A DNA stretch of 64,000 bases from Candidatus Hydrogenedentota bacterium (GCA_034669905.1 JAXMOL010000008.1:1-64000), one strand, 5' to 3'. Counted from the first letter of the stretch, positions 19,398 to 29,790 are shown. Numbers and translations: made by a program. Notes: generated by a model from the sequence alone, not told the origin.

Positions 19398-19467
19398 ACG
19401 TGTGGTGCCATGGCGGAAATTGGATTTCCCATCCAGGCGCCCCATCCAACTCAGGAAAGGTTTGCTT

Positions 19468-20082
19468 ATGAAGAACGTGCTTACTCTCGGCTTAACCTGC
19501 TTCGCCTTGCTGCTGACAACCGGTGCCATGGCCAAGGAGCGTGTTGGAGACCCCTATACGCTGAATACCTGTCCCATTTCCGGGGAAAAACTGGGCAGCA
19601 TGGGTGAGGCCCCGATTTATGTGGGCGAAGACGGCAAGGAAGTCCGCTTCTGTTGCGCGGGCTGCGAAAAGAAATATGTCGCCAACAAAGCCACCCTGGA
19701 TGAAGAAATCGACAAGAAACTGATGGCCGACCAGGAAGCCCACTATCCGTCTAACACCTGCATCAACTCCGGTGCCGAGCTGAAAGACGGTGGCGTGGCC
19801 TTTATCGCCGGAAACCGTCTGCTGAAAACCTGCTGTGCCAAGTGCAAGGCCAAGGTCCAGGCCGACCCGGCAGCGTATATCGCCAAACTGGACGAGCAAG
19901 TCATTGCGGCGCAGAAAGATAGCTACAAGGGCGAAGTCTGCCCCATCTCAGGCAAAGCCCTGGGTGACTCTCCCGAGTCCGTAGTGGTTGCCAACCGCCT
20001 GGTCAAAGTATGCTGTGGCGGGTGCAAGGACAAGGTAACGGCGGATCCCCTGGCTGCCTTCGAGAAGGTCTCCGCCAAGTAG
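19468..20082 (+). CDS. Secreted Cys-rich protein with three YHS/TRASH-like metal-binding repeats
   Basis: Signal peptide; CPISG..FCCAGC, CINSG..TCCAKC, CPISG..VCCGGC. Confidence 0.8.
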   Translation: MKNVLTLGLTCFALLLTTGAMAKERVGDPYTLNTCPISGEKLGSMGEAPIYVGEDGKEVRFCCAGCEKKYVANKATLDEEIDKKLMADQEAHYPSNTCINSGAELKDGGVAFIAGNRLLKTCCAKCKAKVQADPAAYIAKLDEQVIAAQKDSYKGEVCPISGKALGDSPESVVVANRLVKVCCGGCKDKVTADPLAAFEKVSAK

Positions 20083-20114
20083 GTCTGGCATTGAAATAAG
20101 TGCTTCTTTAAATG

Positions 20115-20150
20115 GGCCGGGCGTACCCCACGCCCGGCCTGTATTTGTTT
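20115..20150 (+). terminator. Intrinsic terminator
   Basis: GGCCGGGCGT-ACCCC-ACGCCCGGCC followed by a T-rich tract. Confidence 0.6.
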
Positions 20151-20353
20151 CGAAAGCACCTCGCAAGGTACCTTCCCCCCAGGCCCGACACGGAATCCTA
20201 TGGACTGAGCCATCGAATTGCGCATTTTGCGGGGCTGTGGTACTATAAATCGTGGTGAACAGTAGGATTGGTTGGGCCGCAAGGGGGTGTGGCGGAAAAT
20301 TGGAGGGATCCTGTCGGTGGGAACAATAGGCAGGGGCCCTGAGGATTAAACTC

Positions 20354-21490
20354 TTGGCGACAGACGACGAACTCGGCAAACATATCCTCGTGGTGGACGA
20401 CCTTCCGGAGAACTCTATTGTATTACAGAGTTTTCTGGCACCCATGGGCTACCTCATCGAATCGGCCACCGATGGGGAGACGGCCCTCCAGATGGTCGCG
20501 GAAAACCCACCCGACGTTATCCTGTTGGACTTGATCATGCCCGGCATGGACGGTTTTGAAGTGTGTCGGCGGCTGAAGCAGGATCCCGATACCCACCACA
20601 TCCCGGTTATCATCGTGACGGGCATGTCGGATAGGGATTCGAACGTTCGGGCCGTGGAAGCCGGTGCAGACGATTTCCTGATTAAACCCTTCGATCGCAT
20701 CCTGCTGGAAGCCCGCATCAAGTCTTCGGCCAAAGGCAAATTACTCCACGACCAGCTCATTCATTACAAGCAGGAATTGGAACGCAAGGTCGAAGAGCGC
20801 ACCCAACAAGTCGTACTGACCCAGCAGGTGACGGTCTTCAGTCTCGCCAAGCTGGCGGAATCCCGGGATAACGAAACCGGCGATCACCTGGAGCGAATGC
20901 GTTCCTATGCCCGGATTCTTTCAGAAGAAATTGTCGGCTTAGAGAAATACCAGGGCAAGCTGCACGACAACTTTGTCGCGGAGATGTACCAGTCCACGCC
21001 TCTTCACGATATTGGGAAGGTGGGGATACCGGATCGAATTCTGCTGAAACCCGGCAAGTTGACCCCCGAAGAATTCGATATCATGAAGCAACACAGCCAG
21101 ATCGGTGGCGACACCCTGAAAGCCGCGGACGCGGAAGCCGGGCGCGATTCCTTTCTCGCCATGGGCCGCGATATCGCCTATTACCACCATGAAAAATGGA
21201 ACGGCTCCGGCTACCCCCACGGACTGTCCGGGACGGATATCCCGCTGGCGGCACGCATTACGGCCCTTGCCGATGTATACGATGCCCTTTCCAGCAGACG
21301 TCCGTACAAAGAGCCGTTCAGCCATGAAAAGTCTAAGGCCATCATCCTGGAAGGCCGGGGGTCACACTTCGACCCCGACGTGGTGGACGCATTTCTCGCG
21401 CGGGAAGAGCAATTCCTCGAGATTCGGCACAGTTTCCAGGGCAAGGGTGAACTTGCGCCCATACAAACCCTGGCCAACACCCTCGACTAG
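20354..21490 (+). CDS. Response regulator with HD-GYP cyclic-dinucleotide phosphodiesterase domain (RpfG-like)
   Basis: REC (VVDD, LLDLIMPGMDG, KP); ETGDH, LHDIGK, HHEKWNGSGYP, ADVYDAL, RPYK. Confidence 0.93.
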   Translation: MATDDELGKHILVVDDLPENSIVLQSFLAPMGYLIESATDGETALQMVAENPPDVILLDLIMPGMDGFEVCRRLKQDPDTHHIPVIIVTGMSDRDSNVRAVEAGADDFLIKPFDRILLEARIKSSAKGKLLHDQLIHYKQELERKVEERTQQVVLTQQVTVFSLAKLAESRDNETGDHLERMRSYARILSEEIVGLEKYQGKLHDNFVAEMYQSTPLHDIGKVGIPDRILLKPGKLTPEEFDIMKQHSQIGGDTLKAADAEAGRDSFLAMGRDIAYYHHEKWNGSGYPHGLSGTDIPLAARITALADVYDALSSRRPYKEPFSHEKSKAIILEGRGSHFDPDVVDAFLAREEQFLEIRHSFQGKGELAPIQTLANTLD

Positions 21491-23256
21491 CGCGGACTAT
21501 CGGTGTACGGGACGTCCAGCACCTCCAGGGCGGCCCGCAGTGACACCGGGACACCCTTCGAGACGCCGCGTATCGTGGGGGGCAATAGCACCGGGACCTC
21601 CTCCAGGAAGTGTAGTATTTCCCACCCTTCCCCTGGCTCACGCGCATCTTCAGGCAGGTGGCGCACCCAGGCGTACAGCCAACGACTTTCTACCTCCTCC
21701 GCCCCATCCAGCTGACGAAACCGGATCCGCGCATAGGTTTCTTCCCGACGCTGCTGCCAATGGGTTGGCTCTTCTTCGCCGAGCCGCTCCAGGAGTAAGC
21801 GGGCGGAAACGAGGCCGAGATAGTGGGTTTGCAGGTCGGCCAGGGTGGCGGCCGCCGGTTTCATCGTACCGGACAGCACGGCGCCCACCACCGGTGCCCG
21901 GGCCAGATAATCCCCCGCCAGGCGAAGGGCTTCCTCCCACTCCTGGAGTTGCGCTTCTGCCGCGGTGCTTTCCTGCACGGCCAGATGACGCCACAAGGCC
22001 GCCAGCAACCACGCCGTGCTGGACGGGTTCGCACCATTCAGCAGGTCGGCAGATTGGCCGGTACTGTAGACCGACGCCGGTAAGGAACCGGGTAGCCCAT
22101 CGCTCCCATAGGTGGTACGAAGGGTCGTGCGATGAAACTCCAGGGCACGCCGCCCATGCGCGGACATACCCAAGCTGTCCAGGGCCGCCGTGGCCCAGGC
22201 GGTGTTGAATATGGTGGCATACGCGAGCGCCGGGTAACTGATGGGCGCGCGCACAATGCTCCCCGATTGGGGATCCACACAGGCCTGCAACGCACGGGCC
22301 GCAAGGCTTGCCGAATCCCCGGGGGAGACCGGCTCCAGGTTCGAATTTCGTGGCACACCCATGTCCAACAGTTGGGTCCGCAAGGATTGGAGGCCCTGTT
22401 CCGAGGCGGACACCGCCAGGCAGAGGCTTACCTGAAGGATACCTGCGGTGGTGCTTTCGACGATGGGTTCCATCATGCCGAATGCCCTGCCAACTACCGC
22501 TGGAAGCACCGCTTCGTCTGCGCGGGCATCCACCTCCAAGGTCTGGGCGTCTATCGGCGTGCATGAAGCCCCCCGTGTGCCGGAGGGGGAAAAGGAACCC
22601 CAGTACACCCCATCCCCGAAGCTCGACCAGGCGGTGCTCGAATGGGCCGAGTCGGCCAGGTGACGGGCCCGGGACCAGTCTTCCTTACCCGGTCCCTTCG
22701 GCCGAAAGGCCAACATGGTGCCGTCTATCGGGTCATAGGCGGTGACAAAGCCAGTAGACCGGGGAAAGCGGTCGTAGCCGTCGGCCAGCCCGGTAACCAG
22801 GCGGGTGGACGGCGCGATATGCTGGTACCAGTGCACCTTGACCGGGACCTGGAATCCGTCCAGCTCCAGGCGTACCACGACCACATCCATCTCCCGCAGC
22901 ACCATAACGTGTTGGACCGCGCGGCGGTCGTCGGCCCGTGCCGCATAGGTGGTTGTCAGGGAGCCGTCGGTATTCCGGACGTGGGTGATGTGCCATTCGG
23001 CGGCAGTAAAGGAATAGCGCGCTTCGCCCTCGTCCAACAACCAGCCTGCGCCCCCCCGCGTCCCCTCTTCCGAGGTATCGCGCCCCATGTGCTCCCAGTA
23101 GCCCAGGGTCGGCCACCGCAATTGCGCCACCCTTCCGGTCGCATCTATCGCAGCCGTCAGGCGACCATTGCCGATCACTTCTACGGGTGGCGCTGGCTCA
23201 GACGCCACCGCAAGTGGGGACAAAAGGACCAGCAGGAGGGCCAGCAACCCGCCCAT
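21487..23256 (-). CDS. Secreted GH15/glucoamylase-like protein with eroded catalytic motifs
   Basis: IGNGRLTA..DATG....LRWP N-domain; SGSIVRAP..AW...ALD..G....RRALEF helical barrel start; TGATG coupling to upstream gene. Confidence 0.55.
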   Translation of the reverse strand: MGGLLALLLVLLSPLAVASEPAPPVEVIGNGRLTAAIDATGRVAQLRWPTLGYWEHMGRDTSEEGTRGGAGWLLDEGEARYSFTAAEWHITHVRNTDGSLTTTYAARADDRRAVQHVMVLREMDVVVVRLELDGFQVPVKVHWYQHIAPSTRLVTGLADGYDRFPRSTGFVTAYDPIDGTMLAFRPKGPGKEDWSRARHLADSAHSSTAWSSFGDGVYWGSFSPSGTRGASCTPIDAQTLEVDARADEAVLPAVVGRAFGMMEPIVESTTAGILQVSLCLAVSASEQGLQSLRTQLLDMGVPRNSNLEPVSPGDSASLAARALQACVDPQSGSIVRAPISYPALAYATIFNTAWATAALDSLGMSAHGRRALEFHRTTLRTTYGSDGLPGSLPASVYSTGQSADLLNGANPSSTAWLLAALWRHLAVQESTAAEAQLQEWEEALRLAGDYLARAPVVGAVLSGTMKPAAATLADLQTHYLGLVSARLLLERLGEEEPTHWQQRREETYARIRFRQLDGAEEVESRWLYAWVRHLPEDAREPGEGWEILHFLEEVPVLLPPTIRGVSKGVPVSLRAALEVLDVPYTDSPR

Positions 23257-24659
23257 CAGCGGTGATCCGGATGGGTCAGGTACCCTTCCAGCAGAAAGTG
23301 GCCCTCTTCGAAGCGCCCCGTTGCCTCCAGGCGCGACCACGCCCCCAGGGCATCCACATAGGGGAGCCAATCCTGTTTCAGATCTTCGGTGTGATAACCA
23401 GGAATGAGTTCCTGCTCGGCGAGTTCAAGCAACCACGCCCGGGCCAGGCCCATGGTGGGCGCCCACTGAGCCCGCACAAAAAGTTGTGCTTCCGAATCCA
23501 CGCCTGCTTCCCGGCGCAATAAGACCGGCATCCGAGAGGGCTCGTTGGTCCATGCGAGGGTATCTTCCACCATGGCCACCGCACGGGGCCGGGAGTACGG
23601 GGGAGCGGTGAGCAACCAGCCCGGTTGCTCCTCCCACTGATACCGCCGGGCAATATCCATATCAGCCAGCGTCGAAGCCGTCGGGGGCGCGCAGCGTGTC
23701 GCGATACCGCCCACCTCAATCGCCCGTTGGTCTTCGGCTTCCTGGGAAGGAAAGGCGACCCACGCCCGCTCGCCCCCACACTCCAGGGCGGGCAGGGGCG
23801 GAAGTTGAGCCCGCCACCAGGCCTGCATATAGGCGAGCCCACCCCCATCGACTGTATCGGGAAAAATCCAGGTGGCAAGGGTATGGGCCGCGCCGCGCAG
23901 CGCGGCCACCGAAGCGTCATCCACGGCATTCAGTACGAACATCGCCTCTGGCCAGGCCGCTGTGTAGTGAAGCGCCGGCTGGGAATCATCCGTCGATTGG
24001 TTCAAGGCCAGGCGAAAAGGCAAGCCCGCTTCGGCCGCGATGCGAAGCCGCCCCCCATGGGGTCCTTCCCAGGCCAGGGCAATACCTTCCCGGTCCTGCC
24101 CTCCCCGTTCTACCGGCAGGCCCGCCTGTGCGAGCTCCTGAACCATCCGCACGGATGAACCCACCAGCAAGAAACCATCGCGCCAGCCATAAATTACGTC
24201 GCCCCAGCGGTAGGTCGCTTCTGCAGGCGATTGGGCCACCGACCGATGAAAAAATGACGCCACACGCATCGCCACGCCGGGACGACACGAAAGGACCCAT
24301 CCGTGGGCATTTCCGGAAAGCACGCCGGCCCGCCCGAGCCAGAAGCGAAGACGACGGGGGGTGGGGCGCACACCAGTCACTTTGCGCACCGAAAGGACCA
24401 CGTCGTTCAAGAAGGGCGGTGCCGACTCCTGGAGCAGGGCGTACTCGTCCGACTCCTCCCATTGGGTCCAGCTCTGGGGAAGGTCATCGCTCTCGAGCTT
24501 CCATCCCGCATCGGCCAGGGCGTAGCCCCGCAGATCGGTGTGCTTAAGCTGCCGATCAATACCTATCAGGACCAGTAGGACGACACCGAGAACCAGGAAG
24601 GGCCCCCACTGCAGCAGGAGACGACGCCATCGGGGAGCGGCTGGGGTAGAGGTTTCCAT
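23256..24659 (-). CDS. Membrane-anchored hypothetical protein
   Basis: 467-aa ORF with a single N-terminal TM, inside a coupled operon. Confidence 0.7.
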   Translation of the reverse strand: METSTPAAPRWRRLLLQWGPFLVLGVVLLVLIGIDRQLKHTDLRGYALADAGWKLESDDLPQSWTQWEESDEYALLQESAPPFLNDVVLSVRKVTGVRPTPRRLRFWLGRAGVLSGNAHGWVLSCRPGVAMRVASFFHRSVAQSPAEATYRWGDVIYGWRDGFLLVGSSVRMVQELAQAGLPVERGGQDREGIALAWEGPHGGRLRIAAEAGLPFRLALNQSTDDSQPALHYTAAWPEAMFVLNAVDDASVAALRGAAHTLATWIFPDTVDGGGLAYMQAWWRAQLPPLPALECGGERAWVAFPSQEAEDQRAIEVGGIATRCAPPTASTLADMDIARRYQWEEQPGWLLTAPPYSRPRAVAMVEDTLAWTNEPSRMPVLLRREAGVDSEAQLFVRAQWAPTMGLARAWLLELAEQELIPGYHTEDLKQDWLPYVDALGAWSRLEATGRFEEGHFLLEGYLTHPDHR

Positions 24660-24686
24660 TGTGATATCCAGACCGACCCGTCGGGG

Positions 24687-24959
24687 CTAGGCCTCTTCCC
24701 AGACCGTGTCTTTTTCCTGCTCACGACGTCCTTCGACCCGCTGTATCTCGCGGGCCAATTCGTCCTTGAGCCCGGAGAACTCTTCGTGGCTGGTAGCGGT
24801 GGCCAACTTCGCATCAAAATCAATGCGTATTGCGGCGATATCTGCATCACACTTGCTGTCAATGGCCGCGATTTTAGCCTTGTCTTCATCCGAAAGGCGT
24901 TTCGTGGGGCCTGATGCGGCCTCCATGCGTTCCATCGCCAGTTCATAGGCACTTTTCAT
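24687..24959 (-). CDS. Small coiled-coil hypothetical protein (MKSAYELAMER...)
   Basis: AAGGA RBS; charged helical 90-aa ORF. Confidence 0.8.
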   Translation of the reverse strand: MKSAYELAMERMEAASGPTKRLSDEDKAKIAAIDSKCDADIAAIRIDFDAKLATATSHEEFSGLKDELAREIQRVEGRREQEKDTVWEEA

Positions 24960-24995
24960 GGGAGCAATCCTTCTTCTGCCTGGGCAGGCAGTGGA

Positions 24996-25487
24996 CTAAA
25001 ACGAAAATTCATCGTCGAGCACGGAACCGATAAAGCGCTCGACCGAAACAGGAAAATACTGGTTGTTGGGTGAAACTATGACGCCCGTTGTAATGTCTTC
25101 CCGGCGCTCCAATTCGTCCAGGCACGCCGCAAGCACCGTGTCCAACGGTTCATCACAGGGTTGAATCTCAAGCAACTCCGACTTGCATTCCATGGGCCGG
25201 TCGGGAAAGCCCATGAAACCAAAGAGTCGTCCCGACAGGGCCGCATCGACATGGTTCTCGCCAAAAATCTCCTCGTAACTGGGAGAAAGATGGGCGGGGC
25301 GGATAACGAACTGGGGCGATACGTGTACTTTGCCGATTACTTTCGAGGTCTGGTGCCCATCCGTGATGGAAGGACCCAGACAGATATAGGGCAAATCATG
25401 GGAACCCCGCACAATACCGTAGGTGGGTTTCCGCACAATCACCGTGCTTCGATAGAGTTGCCGCATTTCATGGGCGCTCAGGCTCAT
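24996..25487 (-). CDS. Hypothetical cytoplasmic protein
   Basis: AAGGA RBS before MSLSAHEM; globular sequence (LPYICLG, G.VHVSPQFVIRP). Confidence 0.75.
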   Translation of the reverse strand: MSLSAHEMRQLYRSTVIVRKPTYGIVRGSHDLPYICLGPSITDGHQTSKVIGKVHVSPQFVIRPAHLSPSYEEIFGENHVDAALSGRLFGFMGFPDRPMECKSELLEIQPCDEPLDTVLAACLDELERREDITTGVIVSPNNQYFPVSVERFIGSVLDDEFSF

Positions 25488-25605
25488 GGGAAATATTCCT
25501 TGTCGATTCGACGTATTGCGGGACACGCAGCCCCATTGCGACAGGATATCACAATGTCTCGTTTGCCACGTGGGCACCGCACCGGCGAGGGCCACCCCTA
25601 GCTTA

Positions 25606-26055
25606 CTAATTCCCATCTGGCAGCGCAACCAGCCCGCACTCGAAAAGCTTTACACTGTCGGCCGATTTACTGAGCTGATAGGCCACCGCAACCCGGTCGC
25701 CCACCGAAAGGGCGCTCCAATAGGGCTCGGGTACGGGCCACTCGGCGGTCACGGTTCGGTTTCTGGCCACGATCGCCAGGGTAACATAGCCCCCCCGCTC
25801 CGGAATATCGATGGGGGCGAGGGCCTCAATCGTCGCCACCCCCCGCACAACGGGCTGAAACACATAGGCGGCCCCCTGGTTAAGGCGCAGGGCAATCTGA
25901 CTGAGCACCCCCAGCACCAGGAGACCGAGCACAATGAAAAATATGCGCTGACGCCGGGTCATGGCCTGCCGGGGCGGCCCCTGTCGCATCCAGGGGGTCC
26001 GTCGGGCCTCCATGTGGGTGGGCACATCAGAATCGCGGTTGAATTTTGTGGCCAT
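25606..26055 (-). CDS. Small single-TM protein with a possible OB-like domain
   Basis: RRQRIFFIVLGLLVLGVL TM; W..LSVGDRV.V.Y. Confidence 0.65.
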   Translation of the reverse strand: MATKFNRDSDVPTHMEARRTPWMRQGPPRQAMTRRQRIFFIVLGLLVLGVLSQIALRLNQGAAYVFQPVVRGVATIEALAPIDIPERGGYVTLAIVARNRTVTAEWPVPEPYWSALSVGDRVAVAYQLSKSADSVKLFECGLVALPDGN

Positions 26056-26346
26056 TTTGCCCTTCTCCCGGCGCGTCGCCAGCGTTTCCCCGGGGTGTCA
26101 ATCCCTTTCGTTTGGGGTCTCGGACTGCCCCATGGGGGACCGCCCTGCCCCTATCATGCCCCATTCGGCGGCTTGACACCACCCCACACATTGTAGGAAC
26201 ATGCGTGCTTTGGAGAATCTGCGCGTGTAGTCCGGAACGGCAAGACACCGCTGGTCGACCGATTCTGCACGCTCCAAACCCGCAATCTTTTCCGGGACGG
26301 AGTCTACCCGCTCTCCGTGCAGAGCTGCCAGGAAGGTTCAATTCTC

Positions 26347-27690
26347 ATGAATATCTTTATCGCCGGTGGCGGCCGCGTCGGATTTCACCTCGCCCATTTG
26401 CTCAGCCGGGAACATCAGGATGTGACGGTCATTGAGCAAAACCCCGATCAGATTGAACAGATCGATTACGCCCTGGACGTAAGCACCGCCCAGGGGGATG
26501 GTTCTTCGGTCATGCTGCTCCAGTCACTGAATGTGGGCAATGCCGAACTTTTCGTGGCCAGTATGGGCAATGATGAGAAAAATCTGATTGCCGCGGCCAC
26601 GGCCAAGGGACTGGGTGCCAAGCGCGTCGTAGCGCGAGTCGATAACCCCATGTATATGGAATCCAACATTCTCTACGAGACCGTGTTGGGCGTGGACTAC
26701 ATCCTCAGTCCTGATTCCCTGGCCGCCCTGGAAATCGCCAATTATATCGAACACCCCAGCATTCTTTCTTCCCTGGACTTTGGGGGGGGCCGGGCTCAGA
26801 TGCGCCTGGTGCGGGCCGTCAAGTCCCCCACCCGCAATGGCAAGACCCTGAAAGACGTGATTCAACCCCGCAGCGGGGTGCTCCTGGGTGTGATTGAACG
26901 GGACAACCAATGCCTGATCCCCCATGGTGATTCCGTCGTTGAGCCCGGTGACCTGGTAACCCTGATTGGCAATCCGGAGAGCCTCGACAAGATGCAGAAG
27001 CTCTTCCACGGCCAGGAAGTAAAGCCCCGTCGGGTTGCCATCATGGGCGGCGGCACTATCGGGCTCCGATTGGCCCAGGCCCTGGAAGGCAAGCTCAAGA
27101 CGGTGAAGGTCTTTGAACGTCACGAAGCCCGCTCTCAGAAACTCGCCGCCAAGCTCACCAAGGCCAAGGTTATCATGCGCGATGCCACCTCCCGCGCGGC
27201 CCTCGAACAGGAGCACGTGGACAGCATGGACATGTTCATCGCAACCACGGGCGACGACGAGCGGAATATTATGGCGGCTGTTCTGGCGAAGGAAGTGGGT
27301 GCCAAAACGGTGGCCGCCATCGTGCACCAGCCCGATTTCGCCCCCCTCGTAAAACGGTTGGGAATCGACCTGGCCGTGACGCCCCGCACCTCGATTGCCG
27401 ACCGTATCCTCAAGATGATGTATCGTGGAGATGTCTCCTCCCTCGCCGTCCTGGGCGATGGGCAGGTGGAAGTGCTGGAGGTCAAGGTGGGCGATGGCTC
27501 CCCGGTCCTGGGCAAAGAATTGCGGGACGTACGTATGCCCCGCGGCGCCCTCGTGGGCATCATCCTGCGCGGCAGTAAGGTAATTATTCCCAGTGGTATG
27601 GACGAAATTCACGCCGGGGACTCGGTCATTCTGATTTCCGAATCCCGGGCCCTGGAAGCCGCCCGAAAAATCTTGTTGAAAAAGAAATGA
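26347..27690 (+). CDS. trkA: Trk potassium uptake NAD-binding subunit
   Basis: Two RCK domains: IAGGGRVG and IMGGGTIG; DEKN/DERN. Confidence 0.95.
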   Translation: MNIFIAGGGRVGFHLAHLLSREHQDVTVIEQNPDQIEQIDYALDVSTAQGDGSSVMLLQSLNVGNAELFVASMGNDEKNLIAAATAKGLGAKRVVARVDNPMYMESNILYETVLGVDYILSPDSLAALEIANYIEHPSILSSLDFGGGRAQMRLVRAVKSPTRNGKTLKDVIQPRSGVLLGVIERDNQCLIPHGDSVVEPGDLVTLIGNPESLDKMQKLFHGQEVKPRRVAIMGGGTIGLRLAQALEGKLKTVKVFERHEARSQKLAAKLTKAKVIMRDATSRAALEQEHVDSMDMFIATTGDDERNIMAAVLAKEVGAKTVAAIVHQPDFAPLVKRLGIDLAVTPRTSIADRILKMMYRGDVSSLAVLGDGQVEVLEVKVGDGSPVLGKELRDVRMPRGALVGIILRGSKVIIPSGMDEIHAGDSVILISESRALEAARKILLKKK

Positions 27691-29174
27691 ATTATCGCCT
27701 CGTCTCCAAATACCTGGGCCACTTCACCGTCGTCTTCGGCTTGCTCATGATTCCATCGGCCCTTTGGGCCTATGGGCTGGGCGAAACCGATTCGCTGCAC
27801 GCCTTTGGTGAGGCCATCGGAATCGCTATTCTGGTAGGGCTGGTGCTGACGCTGCTGGGTCACAGGGCCCCGGACCGTATGTTTCAGCGGGAGGGCCTCG
27901 CCCTGGTATCCATGGGGTGGATTGTGGCCGCCGGCATTGGCGCGTTGCCCTTCGTGTTCAGTGGCACCCTCGAGCCCGTAGAGGCCTATTTCGAGACCAT
28001 GTCCGGGCTTACCACCACGGGCTCCACGGTATTGCAGGATATTGAGTCCACCGACGCCAGTATCTTGTTCTGGCGCTCTTTCACCCACTGGATCGGCGGA
28101 ATGGGCATCATCGTCTTGTTCATCGCCGTACTCCCCTACCTGGGCGCGGGCGGAAAACAGCTCTTCAAATCCGAATCCCCCGGTCCCGATCCCCGCGGCC
28201 TGAGTCCCCGGATCAAGGACACGGCATCCATTCTCTGGAAAATATACGTGGGGATCACCGTTGTCCAGACCCTCTTGCTCATGCTGGCGGGCATGAGTTT
28301 CTACGATGCGTTGACCCACACCTTTGGCACCCTGGCCACCGGTGGTTTCAGCACGCGCAATGCCAGCATCGCCGCCTATGACAGCCTCTCCATTGAACTG
28401 GTCATCATCCTGTTCATGGTTCTTGCGGGCACCAACTTCGGCCTCTTCTTCGCCATGTTGCACGGCGATTGGTGGGCCCCCCTCAAGAATACCGAATGGA
28501 AAGCCTATATCGGCATACTCGTGCTGGCGTCCATCCTCATTACAATCAACCTGATGGGGGTGCAAGGCCACATTGCCGAAGATGGGGCCGGACCCCCTGC
28601 ACCGGAGTACAGTCTGGGTGAAGCCGCGCGCCATGCTTCCTTTCTCACGGTCTCTATCATGACCACCACCGGATTTGGCACCGAAGACTTCAACGTCTGG
28701 CCCTATTTCTCCCGGACCCTGCTGGTCCTGCTCATGTTCGTCGGGGGCTGCGCCGGGTCTACCGGGGGTGGGATCAAGGTGGTGCGTTTTCTGATCCTGT
28801 TCAAGATGGCCTACTGGCGGGTGGAGAGTACCTTTCGCCCCAAGACCGTTCGCCCCATCCGCATCAATGGGCAGGTGATCGATGACGATGTGCAACGTAC
28901 CGTCTACGCCTTCTTCGTCGTGCACATGTTCATCATGGCCTTTGGCTGCGCCTTCATGTCGCTGCTGGGACTCCCCTTCCAGACAGCCCTGACCTCGGTC
29001 GTCGCCACCCTGAACAATATCGGCCCGGGTCTGGAGTTGGTTGGGGCGGTGGAGAATTTTCACTTCATCCCCGACAGCGGAAAGATATTCTTGTCCATGT
29101 GCATGGCCATGGGACGTCTGGAACTCTTCAGCATCTGCGTGATGTTTGTGCCCGCCTTCTGGAAGCACGGCTGA
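27687..29174 (+). CDS. trkH: Trk potassium uptake membrane subunit
   Basis: FETMSGLTTTG, WIGGMG, ATGGFS, TTTGF, GGCAGSTGGGIK, NNIGPG, GRLE. Confidence 0.95.
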   Translation: MNYRLVSKYLGHFTVVFGLLMIPSALWAYGLGETDSLHAFGEAIGIAILVGLVLTLLGHRAPDRMFQREGLALVSMGWIVAAGIGALPFVFSGTLEPVEAYFETMSGLTTTGSTVLQDIESTDASILFWRSFTHWIGGMGIIVLFIAVLPYLGAGGKQLFKSESPGPDPRGLSPRIKDTASILWKIYVGITVVQTLLLMLAGMSFYDALTHTFGTLATGGFSTRNASIAAYDSLSIELVIILFMVLAGTNFGLFFAMLHGDWWAPLKNTEWKAYIGILVLASILITINLMGVQGHIAEDGAGPPAPEYSLGEAARHASFLTVSIMTTTGFGTEDFNVWPYFSRTLLVLLMFVGGCAGSTGGGIKVVRFLILFKMAYWRVESTFRPKTVRPIRINGQVIDDDVQRTVYAFFVVHMFIMAFGCAFMSLLGLPFQTALTSVVATLNNIGPGLELVGAVENFHFIPDSGKIFLSMCMAMGRLELFSICVMFVPAFWKHG

Positions 29175-29281
29175 AGCATTCTTCCGGCAACGCCAGCCCA
29201 AAGGGCATCTGGTTTACATGCACCGATAAGTGGCAACGTATTTCCAAGTCAGCCTCTAAGAATTCCGCGCACGCGTTTCAG

Positions 29282-29621
29282 CTGTGTCGCCCTTTCAGGG
29301 CGCGGTGGTTGGTGCGGGAACCTTTTACCCAAGGCTGGAAACTGCCATGCCCCTTGGGGGCGCTTGTCGTAACCGCAATCACTGACGGCTTCCAAGGCAT
29401 TCAATCGAACGCAACCGACGCTGGCATCGAGACCATCGTTTAGCCTGAGTCCACTACACAGGTGTTGCAACAACCGAGTCTGAGGTCAGGTCCCCGCCGT
29501 CCCTACGGGCCGCGTCGGCGCACCCAGCCTTCGGCCCGAAGGGCCTACACCGTTCGAAAGCCCGGGGCAACGTCCTGGGACCCATGGGCGCCAATTACAT
29601 AGCCCTGAAAGGGCAACACAG
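29282..29621. repeat. 340-bp element bounded by 20-bp inverted repeats (REPIN/MITE-like)
   Basis: CTGTGTCGCCCTTTCAGGGC (29282-29301) versus GCCCTGAAAGGGCAACACAG (29602-29621), 19/20 complementary; internal hairpins. Confidence 0.65.
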
Positions 29622-29790
29622 AGCGGGGTTACCCGTTGAAGCGCTTGTCGAAATCAGCAGGCGTCTGCAGTGCCACAGAATTACCGTGGATAATAGACAG
29701 ACCAAGCGCATCTTGATGCGATCCGACGTGCGGAACCCGTGCACGCTCTCCGGAACCGATAATTTCCAAGCCGCGAAAGGGCAGGTGACC

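Noticed and set aside
20354..21490. HD-GYP and GGDEF (60010-61365) regulators as one c-di-GMP circuit
   Set aside because: About 39 kb apart, both are common orphan regulators, and nothing in the sequence links them
27609..29201. Long antisense ORFs (e.g. 27609-29201, 34993-36771, 4635-5849, 60154-61455)
   Set aside because: Shadows of well-supported genes on the opposite strand, expected in high-GC DNA; no motifs
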